The notes beneath the pieces were generated by a model. It was not told the DNA's origin, ran no database searches, and saw only the letters and a list, made by a program, of their open reading frames with translations. DNA of 64,000 bases from Rickettsiales bacterium (GTDB taxonomy: Bacteria > Pseudomonadota > Alphaproteobacteria > Rickettsiales > UBA3002): contig CBDFGU010000009.1 in assembly GCA_965247335.1 (NCBI GenBank), positions 1,328,504-1,392,503 of the forward strand, read 5' to 3'. The stretch's first letter is position 1; every line of letters starts with the position of its first letter. The position numbers were made by a program, and so were the translations under genes. This document shows, one piece after another, positions 55,734 through 63,707 of the stretch.

Positions 55734-56936
55734 ATGAAAATGACTCGCCGTACCTTCATGAAGTCCGCCGGCGCTGCGGCCGCACTCAGTCTGTTACCGC
55801 GCCTGGCATTTGCGAATCTGCCAACGGAAAATCGCTTCGTGCTTGTCATCCTGCGTGGGGCGCTTGACGGACTGGCGGCCGTGCCACCGTACGGCGACCC
55901 GAGCTATAAATCCGCGCGCGGCGATCTTGCGTTCAATGCGCCGGGGATGGAGGATGGGGTGCTCGATCTCGATGGATTCTACGGCTTCAACCCCGCCTTG
56001 CAGCCATTGCTGGCATTGTACCAGCAGAAACAGTTGATGGTGATCCATGCAGTGGCCTCCCCCTATCGCGAGCGCTCGCATTTCGACGCGCAGAATGTGC
56101 TGGAGAACGGCACCATCAACCCCAGCGGCAGTGTGGGCTGGCTGAACAAGGCGCTGGTCGCGCTCAATGCCCAGCCAACGTCGGCCATTGCCATCAACCA
56201 GCAGGTGCCGCTGGTGCTGCAGGGCAACCTGCAGGTGGAAAGCTGGGCACCCAAGGGTCGGGAGCTGGATGCGAAGAGCGATTACATGACCAAGATGTCG
56301 GCGCTATACCAGCAGGACGCGCTGCTGAAGGACCCGTTCAACGAAGCGATGCAGACGCAGACACTCGCGCAGCAAGCGCTGCCGACGGATGATGCAAATG
56401 CCAGCAACAAGGCGAAGAACCCGGACCAGCTTTATGCAGCGGCGCGCGCGGCGGGCCAGTTCCTCGCCAAGGATGACGGCCCGCGCATCGCGGTGCTGGA
56501 AGCCGGGGGTTGGGATACGCATTTCCGGCAGGGTACGAGCAACGGCATCCTGTTCAATCGCCTTGGCGACCTTGCAAAAGGGCTGGCCGAACTGCCCACG
56601 GCAATGGGTGGTAGCTGGAAGAAAACCGTGGTGGTGGTGGTCACCGAGTTTGGCCGTACGGTGGCGGAGAACGGCACGGGTGGCACTGATCATGGCACGG
56701 GTGGGATGGCGCTGGTGATGGGCGGTGCTATCGATGGCGGCAAGGTGATGGCGCAGTGGCCTGGGCTGGCGCCGGAAAAACTGTACCAGAACCGCGACCT
56801 GCTGCCGACGACGGATCTGCGCAGTGTTTTCAAGACCGTGCTGGCGGGTCACCTGAACGTTCCGGCGACGGCGCTGGAAAATGATATATTTCCGGGCAGC
56901 AGCGGTGCACCGATGCTGAAAGGTATCCTCGTATAA
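55734..56936 (+). CDS. DUF1501-family protein with twin-arginine (Tat) signal
   Basis: Tat motif MKMTRRTFMKSAGAAAALSLLPRLAFA. Sulfatase/phosphatase-like DUF1501 motifs (GGWDTH, TEFGRT, GTDHGTGG). Confidence 0.85.
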   Translation: MKMTRRTFMKSAGAAAALSLLPRLAFANLPTENRFVLVILRGALDGLAAVPPYGDPSYKSARGDLAFNAPGMEDGVLDLDGFYGFNPALQPLLALYQQKQLMVIHAVASPYRERSHFDAQNVLENGTINPSGSVGWLNKALVALNAQPTSAIAINQQVPLVLQGNLQVESWAPKGRELDAKSDYMTKMSALYQQDALLKDPFNEAMQTQTLAQQALPTDDANASNKAKNPDQLYAAARAAGQFLAKDDGPRIAVLEAGGWDTHFRQGTSNGILFNRLGDLAKGLAELPTAMGGSWKKTVVVVVTEFGRTVAENGTGGTDHGTGGMALVMGGAIDGGKVMAQWPGLAPEKLYQNRDLLPTTDLRSVFKTVLAGHLNVPATALENDIFPGSSGAPMLKGILV

Positions 56937-57007
56937 CTTTCGTGACGGCAAAGGCGCTTAAAAGGAATTCGGCTCGCCTTACCCGTAAAAAAGAGCTATA
57001 TATCTCC

Positions 57008-59539
57008 ATGCAGCAGCGCTGGTTAAATCTATTGACTATTATGGTATTGACGGTAGTGGCCACGCTGGCGCTACTCGGCATGGCCGGCTGGTTCACGCAT
57101 TCCCTGCTGCTGGTACAGGTTCAGCCCGGATATCCGATCTTCCAGTTCAATACCGCTTTTTGCTTCCTGCTCGATGTGCTTGGTTTTCATGCGTTGCTAG
57201 AGCAGCGGCGCAGCGCGGCTTTCGTGGCGCTCAGTATCGTTTTCGTGATGGCGCTGTTGACCCTGATCGAGCATCTCAGCGGCGTGGATTTTGGCGTCGA
57301 CACGCTTTTCATGGAACCGTTCACGACCGTCTACTCCAAAGCGCCGGGGCGAATCAATTTCAATACGGATGTTGGATTGCTAATGCTCAGTGGTGGAATG
57401 CTGCTGTGTATTCGCCGTCATGTATCGCAGCGCTGGGCCGTGATTACGGCAATCTGCGCCTGTCTGGCATTCGCCGTGGCTGCCGTACCGCTGCTGGGCT
57501 ATGCGGGTGGATTGCAGGAAGCCTACCGCGCCGGGACGTTCACCCGCATGTCGTTACCCGCCTCGATCTGCCTGATCCTGTTCAGTGCCTTGCTGATGGC
57601 GTATGTGGCGCTGCGCTCGCCACTCGTTTACCGTTGGCTGCCGTTGCCCATGTTCCTTGGTCTTGTAATGGTTTCTTTTGCAGCGGCGACGGCGGTACGC
57701 ATGCATGAAGAGCTGCAAATCACGCAATCCATTCAAGACGCAGCGAATGAGCAGGCAACCTATTACAGCGACCGGTTGAAGAATACCTACGATGCATTGA
57801 ATCGGATCGGCATGCGCTGGGAAGCCGCAGGCGGTACACCGGAGAAGCTCTGGCAAGCGGACGCGGAATCCTACATTCATGATCTGCCGTTCCTGAACGG
57901 TATCTCGTGGGTCGATGAACAGAGCCGCTTGCGCTGGATCGCCCCGCTGAAGGGCCGAGAGTTCTTGATCGGCCGGGTATTGTCAGATGATCCGGTGCGT
58001 GGTGCAGCGTTGAAAGCTGCCCGTGAAACGCAACACGCGCAGGTGACGCCGCCATTAATATTCCTCGATGGTACCGGCATCGGTTTCGTCTATATCCGCC
58101 CGTTGAAATTAACTGGGGAGCATGGCGGGACAATCACCTCCGGCATCCGCCTGCATGATTTTTTTGCCGATCTCCTCAAACCTATTTCGGAAACTGGCTT
58201 CCAATACACGTTGCGTCACGGTTCCGACATTATTTTTACCACGCGTCCATCGACGCCGCAGAACGACGACGACATTCGGCAGGCAAATGCGACTATCGAC
58301 AACGTGAACGACAGTTACCTGCTGACGTTGTATCCGATGCCGGCGTATATTGCGAGCCGGCATACTTCCGTGCCCGCGGTGGTATTTGCCGGGGGCAGCC
58401 TTATGGCAGCATTGGCCGCGCTTGCTGCGCTGCTTTTGCTGCGTGAACGCCAGCAAGCATGGCTGTTGCGCGAAAGCGAACAATCCTTCCGCCTGGCCAT
58501 GGAATATTCGCCGATCGGCATGGCGCTGGTCTCACCCGAGGGTAGGTGGCTGCGAGTGAACCAGGCTCTGTGCGAAATCGTTGGCTATGCGTCCGTTGAG
58601 CTTCTGGCGATTGATTTCCAGACCATCACCCATCCCGACGACCTTGTAAGCGACCTTGACTATGTACAGAAGGTCATCGCCGGCGAAATCAAAAGCTATG
58701 CGATGGAAAAACGCTATTTGCACAAGGATGGACATGTTATCCCGATCCTGCTCAGCGTCTCGCTCATCCGCAATGCCGATGGTTCACCGAAATATTTCAT
58801 CTCGATGATTCAGGACATCAGCGAACGTGAACGTTTCGTCGAGCAGCTGCAGCAGACGAATGCGGAGCTGGAGCAGTTCGCTTACGTTGCCAGCCATGAT
58901 TTGCAGGAACCCTTGCGTATGGTGACAAGCTTCGTCGGCCTGCTGGGCAAGACCTACGGCAACAAGCTCGACCTGCAGGCCCAGGAATACATCACCATCG
59001 CGGTCGACGCATCGAAACGCATGCAGTTGCTGATCAGCGACCTGTTGGAATATGCGCGCCTTGGCAAGGACAGCCAGTTGCGCGTGCGGATCGATTGCAA
59101 CGTCGAAATGCAGCATGTCGTCCATAACCTGAATGCGGCAATCAAAGGCGCTCAGGCTTTGGTGAGTGTGGATGAACTACCGGAAATCATGGGCAACCCG
59201 GTAGAATTCCTGCGGCTCATGCAGAACCTGATGGGGAATGGCATCAAGTTCCGCCGGGAAGGCGTGACACCGGTCATCCGGGTACGCGCAGTACGCGAGG
59301 ACGATTTCTGGGTCTTCACCGTGCGGGATAACGGTATCGGAATGAAGCCCGAATACTATGAGCGCGTGTTCCAGCCCTTCAAACGCCTGCATACGCAGCA
59401 GGAGTACCAAGGCAGCGGGATTGGCCTTGCGGTGTGCCGTAAGATAGTGGAGAATTTCGGCGGCAGGATCAGCGTCGAATCCATCATGGGCGAAGGCTCG
59501 ACCATGCGGTTCACCGTACCGGTCATACCAGAGGAGTAA
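57008..59539 (+). CDS. Membrane sensor histidine kinase (multi-TM N-domain, extracytoplasmic sensor region, PAS, HisKA, HATPase_c)
   Basis: Start taken at MQQRWLNLL; a GTG at 56942 is possible. ~7 hydrophobic segments, then a second TM after a ~230-aa loop. PAS (FRLAMEYSPIGMALV...KRYLHKDGHVIP). H-box ASHDLQEPLRMV. GSGIGLAVC. Confidence 0.85.
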   Translation: MQQRWLNLLTIMVLTVVATLALLGMAGWFTHSLLLVQVQPGYPIFQFNTAFCFLLDVLGFHALLEQRRSAAFVALSIVFVMALLTLIEHLSGVDFGVDTLFMEPFTTVYSKAPGRINFNTDVGLLMLSGGMLLCIRRHVSQRWAVITAICACLAFAVAAVPLLGYAGGLQEAYRAGTFTRMSLPASICLILFSALLMAYVALRSPLVYRWLPLPMFLGLVMVSFAAATAVRMHEELQITQSIQDAANEQATYYSDRLKNTYDALNRIGMRWEAAGGTPEKLWQADAESYIHDLPFLNGISWVDEQSRLRWIAPLKGREFLIGRVLSDDPVRGAALKAARETQHAQVTPPLIFLDGTGIGFVYIRPLKLTGEHGGTITSGIRLHDFFADLLKPISETGFQYTLRHGSDIIFTTRPSTPQNDDDIRQANATIDNVNDSYLLTLYPMPAYIASRHTSVPAVVFAGGSLMAALAALAALLLLRERQQAWLLRESEQSFRLAMEYSPIGMALVSPEGRWLRVNQALCEIVGYASVELLAIDFQTITHPDDLVSDLDYVQKVIAGEIKSYAMEKRYLHKDGHVIPILLSVSLIRNADGSPKYFISMIQDISERERFVEQLQQTNAELEQFAYVASHDLQEPLRMVTSFVGLLGKTYGNKLDLQAQEYITIAVDASKRMQLLISDLLEYARLGKDSQLRVRIDCNVEMQHVVHNLNAAIKGAQALVSVDELPEIMGNPVEFLRLMQNLMGNGIKFRREGVTPVIRVRAVREDDFWVFTVRDNGIGMKPEYYERVFQPFKRLHTQQEYQGSGIGLAVCRKIVENFGGRISVESIMGEGSTMRFTVPVIPEE

Positions 59540-59542
59540 GCA

Positions 59543-60007
59543 ATGGCAGTGATGGCAATGAAGGACAGGAATCGACCCGTGCGTTTTCTGCTCGTGGAGG
59601 ATAATTACGGCGATGTGCTGTTGACCCAGCACGCGTTCGCCAAGGCGACGATGGCCAACGAGATCACAGTCGCGCGCGATGGCGAGATCGCGATGGCGAT
59701 GCTGCGGCGCGAAGGTGAGTATGCCGCCGTGCCGCTGCCGGATCTCGTGCTGCTCGACCTCAATTTACCGAAGATGGACGGCAAAGAAGTGCTGGCAGCC
59801 ATCAAGGGTGACAGCGCATTGCGGCAGTTGCCGGTCATCATCCTGAGCAGTTCGCGCGCTGAGCAGGATGTGGCTAAAAGCTACGACCTCAATGCCAACA
59901 GCTACCTTATCAAGCCGATCGACCTCACGGAATTCTATACGGTGGTGCAGGCGATCGAGAGTTTCTGGATGAATCTTGTCATCCTGTCCGGTGAGGAAAC
60001 GCGATGA
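59543..60007 (+). CDS. Single-domain response regulator (receiver only, Rcp1-like)
   Basis: FLLVEDNYGD, phospho-acceptor LVLLDLNLPKMDG, ILSSS, YLIKP. No output domain. Begins 3 nt after the kinase stop. Confidence 0.85.
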   Translation: MAVMAMKDRNRPVRFLLVEDNYGDVLLTQHAFAKATMANEITVARDGEIAMAMLRREGEYAAVPLPDLVLLDLNLPKMDGKEVLAAIKGDSALRQLPVIILSSSRAEQDVAKSYDLNANSYLIKPIDLTEFYTVVQAIESFWMNLVILSGEETR

Positions 60008-60699
60008 GCGAGAACGACCCGTTCGCCACGATGCGCGAATTCGTCTATCTCGTTTCGCACGATTTGCGCGCACCATTACGGGCCGCTGGCAGCATCAGCA
60101 AGATTGTGCTCGAGACCTATGGCGGCACGCTGGATGCGCAGGGCAACGAATATCTTTCGATCATCGCCAACGAAGCCAAGCGGGCGCAAGAAATGCTGCA
60201 GGGGCTGCTTGAATATTCGCGCCTCGATACGATGGCGAAATCCATCACCACGCGGATCGAGGTGGCGCGGATATTCGAGCATTGCACGGTGATCCTGGCG
60301 GATGAAATCAAGCAGGGCAACGTGACACTGACGGCAGGCACCTTACCGGTCATCCAGGCCGATGCCGAACAGTTCATGCAATTGCTACTCTACCTTTTCG
60401 AGAACGCTTTAAAGTTTCACCGGGCGGAGGTACCGGCTGTGGTGTGCTTTGATAGTAGCGAAGACGAGACGCATTGGCACTTCAGCGTTACCGATAATGG
60501 GATCGGCATCGACATGCTCTACCGCGAAAAGGCATTTACGCTTTTCCGCCAGCTCAATGTACAGGGTACCTATCCCGGCATCGGCGTGGGGCTGACGCTG
60601 GCGCGCAAAATCGTCGAGCGCCATGGCGGAATGATCTGGATCGAAGATAACCCAAAAAATGCTGGAACATCAGTACATTTCACCTTAGCCAAACCCTGA
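60004..60699 (+). CDS. Sensor-less soluble histidine kinase (HisKA plus HATPase_c only)
   Basis: 231 aa. H-box VSHDLRAPLRA starts at residue ~17. N-box ENALKF, DNGIGI, GIGVGLTLA. ATGA overlap with the preceding receiver gene. Confidence 0.85.
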   Translation: MSENDPFATMREFVYLVSHDLRAPLRAAGSISKIVLETYGGTLDAQGNEYLSIIANEAKRAQEMLQGLLEYSRLDTMAKSITTRIEVARIFEHCTVILADEIKQGNVTLTAGTLPVIQADAEQFMQLLLYLFENALKFHRAEVPAVVCFDSSEDETHWHFSVTDNGIGIDMLYREKAFTLFRQLNVQGTYPGIGVGLTLARKIVERHGGMIWIEDNPKNAGTSVHFTLAKP

Positions 60700-60757
60700 G
60701 CATATTAAGGGAATTTTAAAGATTTCCGACCTATACTGGGTGAAAAGGTAAAATGCC

Positions 60758-61156
60758 ATGCAGGCTGTTCTGGAGAAAAACATCAACATCCTCATGATCG
60801 AGGATTGCAAAACCGATGTGCTGCTGTTCCGGCATTTGCTTGGCGATGTGCAGAAACGCTGCACGATCACTGATGTCCCGCGCATGATCGACGCCTTCAA
60901 ACAGATCGACAACATGTTTTACGATGTCATTTTGCTCGACCTTAACCTGCTCGACCTCGACGGGGTGGCGAACATCGCCGCAATCAAGGCCGAATGCCCG
61001 TTCACGCCGGTGGTCATCTACTCCGGCCGCAACGATGCGAAACTGCAGAAAGAAGCGCAAATGGTCGGCGCGGCGGGATACATTGTCAAGGGCGAGACCA
61101 ATGCCGTTGAAGTGCAGGCGACCATCAGCCGTGCGCTTCAGCACGTGGTCGCCTAG
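60758..61156 (+). CDS. Single-domain response regulator (receiver only)
   Basis: ILMIEDCKTD, phospho-acceptor VILLDLNLLDLDG, VVIYSG, YIVKG. 132 aa. Confidence 0.8.
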   Translation: MQAVLEKNINILMIEDCKTDVLLFRHLLGDVQKRCTITDVPRMIDAFKQIDNMFYDVILLDLNLLDLDGVANIAAIKAECPFTPVVIYSGRNDAKLQKEAQMVGAAGYIVKGETNAVEVQATISRALQHVVA

Positions 61157-61533
61157 CGTCGGCGCAATCTATAAACCCATCCGCTGATCGCGCTTGCCAG
61201 CGCACCGCTACCTAGTAATGGTAACCACCAACCTTCCATATGCGGAATGCTGAAGGCATGCATCAACCCATCGATGCTGAGCGCCGTCATCACCAGCAAG
61301 GCGGAAACCGCGCGGTGCAGTTCCTCCATCAACCAGCTGAAACGCTTCACAAGGCGGCGATAGAAGACAAGCAACAACAGTGCGGCAGCGAGCAGCACAT
61401 AACCCTCGTACAATATTTCCGGCCGTGCCAGCTGATAGATGGGTGGCAGAAAGATGAGATGCAGACCCCACCAAATCAGTGCAACAATGAGTAAGGCAAA
61501 AGCCAGGGAGGCGCAAAGGTACGGCGTATTCAT
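61153..61533 (-). CDS. Small integral membrane protein (about 4 TM), unknown function
   Basis: Start taken at MNTPYLCASLAFALLIVALIWW, forming an ATGA overlap with the upstream His-rich gene stop. Four hydrophobic segments. The ORF-track start at 61665 lies inside the upstream gene. Confidence 0.55.
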   Translation of the reverse strand: MNTPYLCASLAFALLIVALIWWGLHLIFLPPIYQLARPEILYEGYVLLAAALLLLVFYRRLVKRFSWLMEELHRAVSALLVMTALSIDGLMHAFSIPHMEGWWLPLLGSGALASAISGWVYRLRRR

Positions 61534-62564
61534 GGTGTCCTCACCGTTGGCGGGCCCTGTTCGACGCGTTCGACCCACGGCGCTGGCGCCGGATTCGCGC
61601 CAAACGCCTGCATCGCGGCGCCGGTTACCGGGGCGATAATGCTGCGGCTGTTCATTGCATCCCATTGCTGCGCGATGCCCGGCGCGAGCGCGCGGCTGCC
61701 GAGCAGCAGCGTGTTGCTGATGATGGCGCCGATGGATTTGTTGCGGATGATACGCGCGTAGCTGCTGTCATGCCCGCTGAGTTTCTGCGTCACGACGCCG
61801 ATGGGGAAGGCATACAGGTTCCACATCACGGCCTGCGGCAAATGCTGCATCTCACGATCATACATGGCGTGCGCTTTCTCGATGACTTCCGGCGCATCAC
61901 TGCCAAAACCATGCCGCTTGCCCCAGTGAGCGGCGGCGGCATTCGCACCGGTGCAGAAAAATGGGGCAGTGATCGGCTCAATGACGCGGCGAAGGCCCTC
62001 CATCAGCGAGGGGAACAGACGCTGCGTGGCAATGGTAAGCGGCACGGCGGCGGCATCGCCAATGATCTCGCCTTTTAGGTAATGCAGCGCTTCGCTGCGA
62101 TACGTCTTCCAGTCGATAGTGTTCCAGTTGAGGTTTTTCCAGCTGAACTTCCGAGGGGCATGGATGTGCGGTTCGCCATGGGTATGGTTATGTGGTTCAG
62201 GCGGAACATCGGCCACGAATTTCGCTTTGCGTGGCGTGGGTTTCTTGCCAGCCCCGGTAGGGAACGGCGATGGGAAAACCGGATGGTTATGGCCTTCATG
62301 CCCGTGATGATCATGACCATGATGATCGTGCCCATGATGGCCGTTATCGTGCGTACCGTGATGGTGCGATGGATCGCTGCAGCCAACCTGCACACCGAAC
62401 AAAGCGGCAATGGAAGGCGCGATGATCATATCGTTCAGCCCGCAGGAAAGTGCGTGGTTGATAGTATAGGCAATATCCTCCGCACGCTGGGCGGAATTTT
62501 TATCCGCTTCGCGTGCGGCAGGCGGTTTTAACATGACATTCACTGGTTCGCGCATCGTTTCCAC
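61530..62564 (-). CDS. Histidine-rich protein of unknown function (candidate Zur-regulated metal-binding protein)
   Basis: 344-aa ORF (GTG 62564 or ATG 62555). His tract SHHHGTHDNGHHGHDHHGHDHHGHEGHNH (about 62283-62369) and a second PEPHNHTHGEPHIH. Zur-box-like palindrome immediately upstream. Confidence 0.65.
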   Translation of the reverse strand: METMREPVNVMLKPPAAREADKNSAQRAEDIAYTINHALSCGLNDMIIAPSIAALFGVQVGCSDPSHHHGTHDNGHHGHDHHGHDHHGHEGHNHPVFPSPFPTGAGKKPTPRKAKFVADVPPEPHNHTHGEPHIHAPRKFSWKNLNWNTIDWKTYRSEALHYLKGEIIGDAAAVPLTIATQRLFPSLMEGLRRVIEPITAPFFCTGANAAAAHWGKRHGFGSDAPEVIEKAHAMYDREMQHLPQAVMWNLYAFPIGVVTQKLSGHDSSYARIIRNKSIGAIISNTLLLGSRALAPGIAQQWDAMNSRSIIAPVTGAAMQAFGANPAPAPWVERVEQGPPTVRTP

Positions 62565-62566
62565 GT

Positions 62567-62583
62567 TTGTTACAGTATAACAA
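62567..62583. promoter_or_regulatory. Zur-box-like palindrome 1 (TTGTTACAGTATAACAA)
   Basis: The core TGTTACAgTATAACA matches the widespread Zur consensus core TGTTATA-N-TATAACA at 13 of the 14 specified positions. Abuts the start of the His-rich gene. Confidence 0.55.
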
Positions 62584-62623
62584 TTTTGTTCTTTACATCG
62601 CGCAGGCTGCGCAGTAAAGCATT

Positions 62624-62640
62624 TAGTTATAGTGTAACAA
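62624..62640. promoter_or_regulatory. Zur-box-like palindrome 2 (TAGTTATAGTGTAACAA)
   Basis: Inverted near-copy of box 1 (reverse complement TTGTTACACTATAACTA). 12 of the 14 specified positions match the Zur core. Lies 24 nt upstream of the zur-like ATG (62664). Confidence 0.5.
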
Positions 62641-62663
62641 ATAACTGCTTCTGCGAGGTCTTT

Positions 62664-63059
62664 ATGGCGCGCCCATCTTCATTATCTGCCCCGGCAAGCG
62701 AGCTGGTGCTGAAGCTGCTGCGTAAGGCCCGCGACCCGCTTACGGCCTACGAATTGCTCGAGAAACTCAAGCGTTCCGGTATCAAAAGCGCGCCGATCAT
62801 CTACCGTGCGCTCGATGTGTTGATAAAGGAAGGCAGCGCGCACAAAATCAAGGAATTGGGCGCCTATGTGGCCTGCGACTGCGCGCACACCCACGATCAT
62901 GCGCTTTCGGTACTCACGGTGTGCGGCGACTGCCATGAAGTAGAAGAGTTGCACAATCATTCGGTTATCCACCAGCTCGAGAATCTGCGCAAGGCTGGTG
63001 TGCGTTTGCAAAAGCATGCGGTAATCGAACTTCCTATCACTTGCAACGCCTGCGCCTGA
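62664..63059 (+). CDS. zur: Fur-family metalloregulator, Zur-like
   Basis: Start taken at MARPSSLS. Winged helix (LTAYELLEKLKRSGIKSAPIIYRALDVLIKEGSAHKI). Metal sites CDCAHTHDH, CGDCHEVEE and C-terminal CNAC. Length and layout match short Zur proteins. Confidence 0.8.
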   Translation: MARPSSLSAPASELVLKLLRKARDPLTAYELLEKLKRSGIKSAPIIYRALDVLIKEGSAHKIKELGAYVACDCAHTHDHALSVLTVCGDCHEVEELHNHSVIHQLENLRKAGVRLQKHAVIELPITCNACA

Positions 63060-63068
63060 GGATTTTTT

Positions 63069-63707
63069 ATGCTGCATATCACGAACCTCGAAGCAGGCTA
63101 CGATGGCAAAAGCGGTCGTGACGCTACCGGAGCTTTCACTCAAATCCGGCGAACATTGCCTGATCCTCGGTCAGTCCGGTTCGGGGAAGACGACCTTGCT
63201 GTATGCCATTGGCGGGCTGCTTAAGCCCTTAAAAGGTTCCATCATCCTCGGCAACACCAATATTGCTGCACTGAATGCTGCATCCCAGGATGCGTTCCGC
63301 GGAAGCATATCGGCATTATTTATCAGGCGCTCCACATGGCCACAGCAGTCTCGGTGCGCGATAATATCCTGCTCGCACAGTACGCAGCAGGGGTGCAGCA
63401 AAATCCTGCTAAGGCGGATGCGCTACTGGCCCAACTCGGACTTTCCGCGCATGCCGACAAGAAGCCGCATACCTTGAGCCACGGCCAGCAGCAGCGTGTG
63501 GCCATCGCCCGCGCGGCAATCAACGGCCCACAGTTGATTCTCGGGGATGAGCCGACCTCGGCACTCGATGATGTCTCTTGCGGCGCGGTCATGGAACTCC
63601 TTTTATCAACGGCGCAGGCCGCAGGCTCCAGTCTGGTCATTGCAACACACGATGCGCGCATCCGGAAGTACTTCACACAAACAATTACGCTGGGGAGCGC
63701 TGCATGA
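63069..63707 (+). pseudogene. MacB/LolD-type ABC transporter ATP-binding gene interrupted by two frameshifts
   Basis: Three in-order pieces. Frame 0: MLHITNLEAGYDGK (63069-63110). Frame 1: AVVTLPELSLKSGEHCLILGQSGSGKTTLL...QDAFRG (to ~63303). Frame 0 again: KHIGIIYQALHMATAVSVRDN...LSHGQQQRVAIARA...LILGDEPTSALD (63303-63707). The shifts sit at ggcAAAAgcg (63108-63111, one extra A) and cgcggAAgcat (~63301-63305, one base missing). Confidence 0.75.

Noticed and set aside
54905-56951. Long minus-strand ORFs (54905-55687 and 56304-56951) opposite DUF1800 and DUF1501
   Set aside because: The plus-strand frames carry family-specific motifs and a Tat signal. The antisense frames are Arg-rich shadow ORFs.
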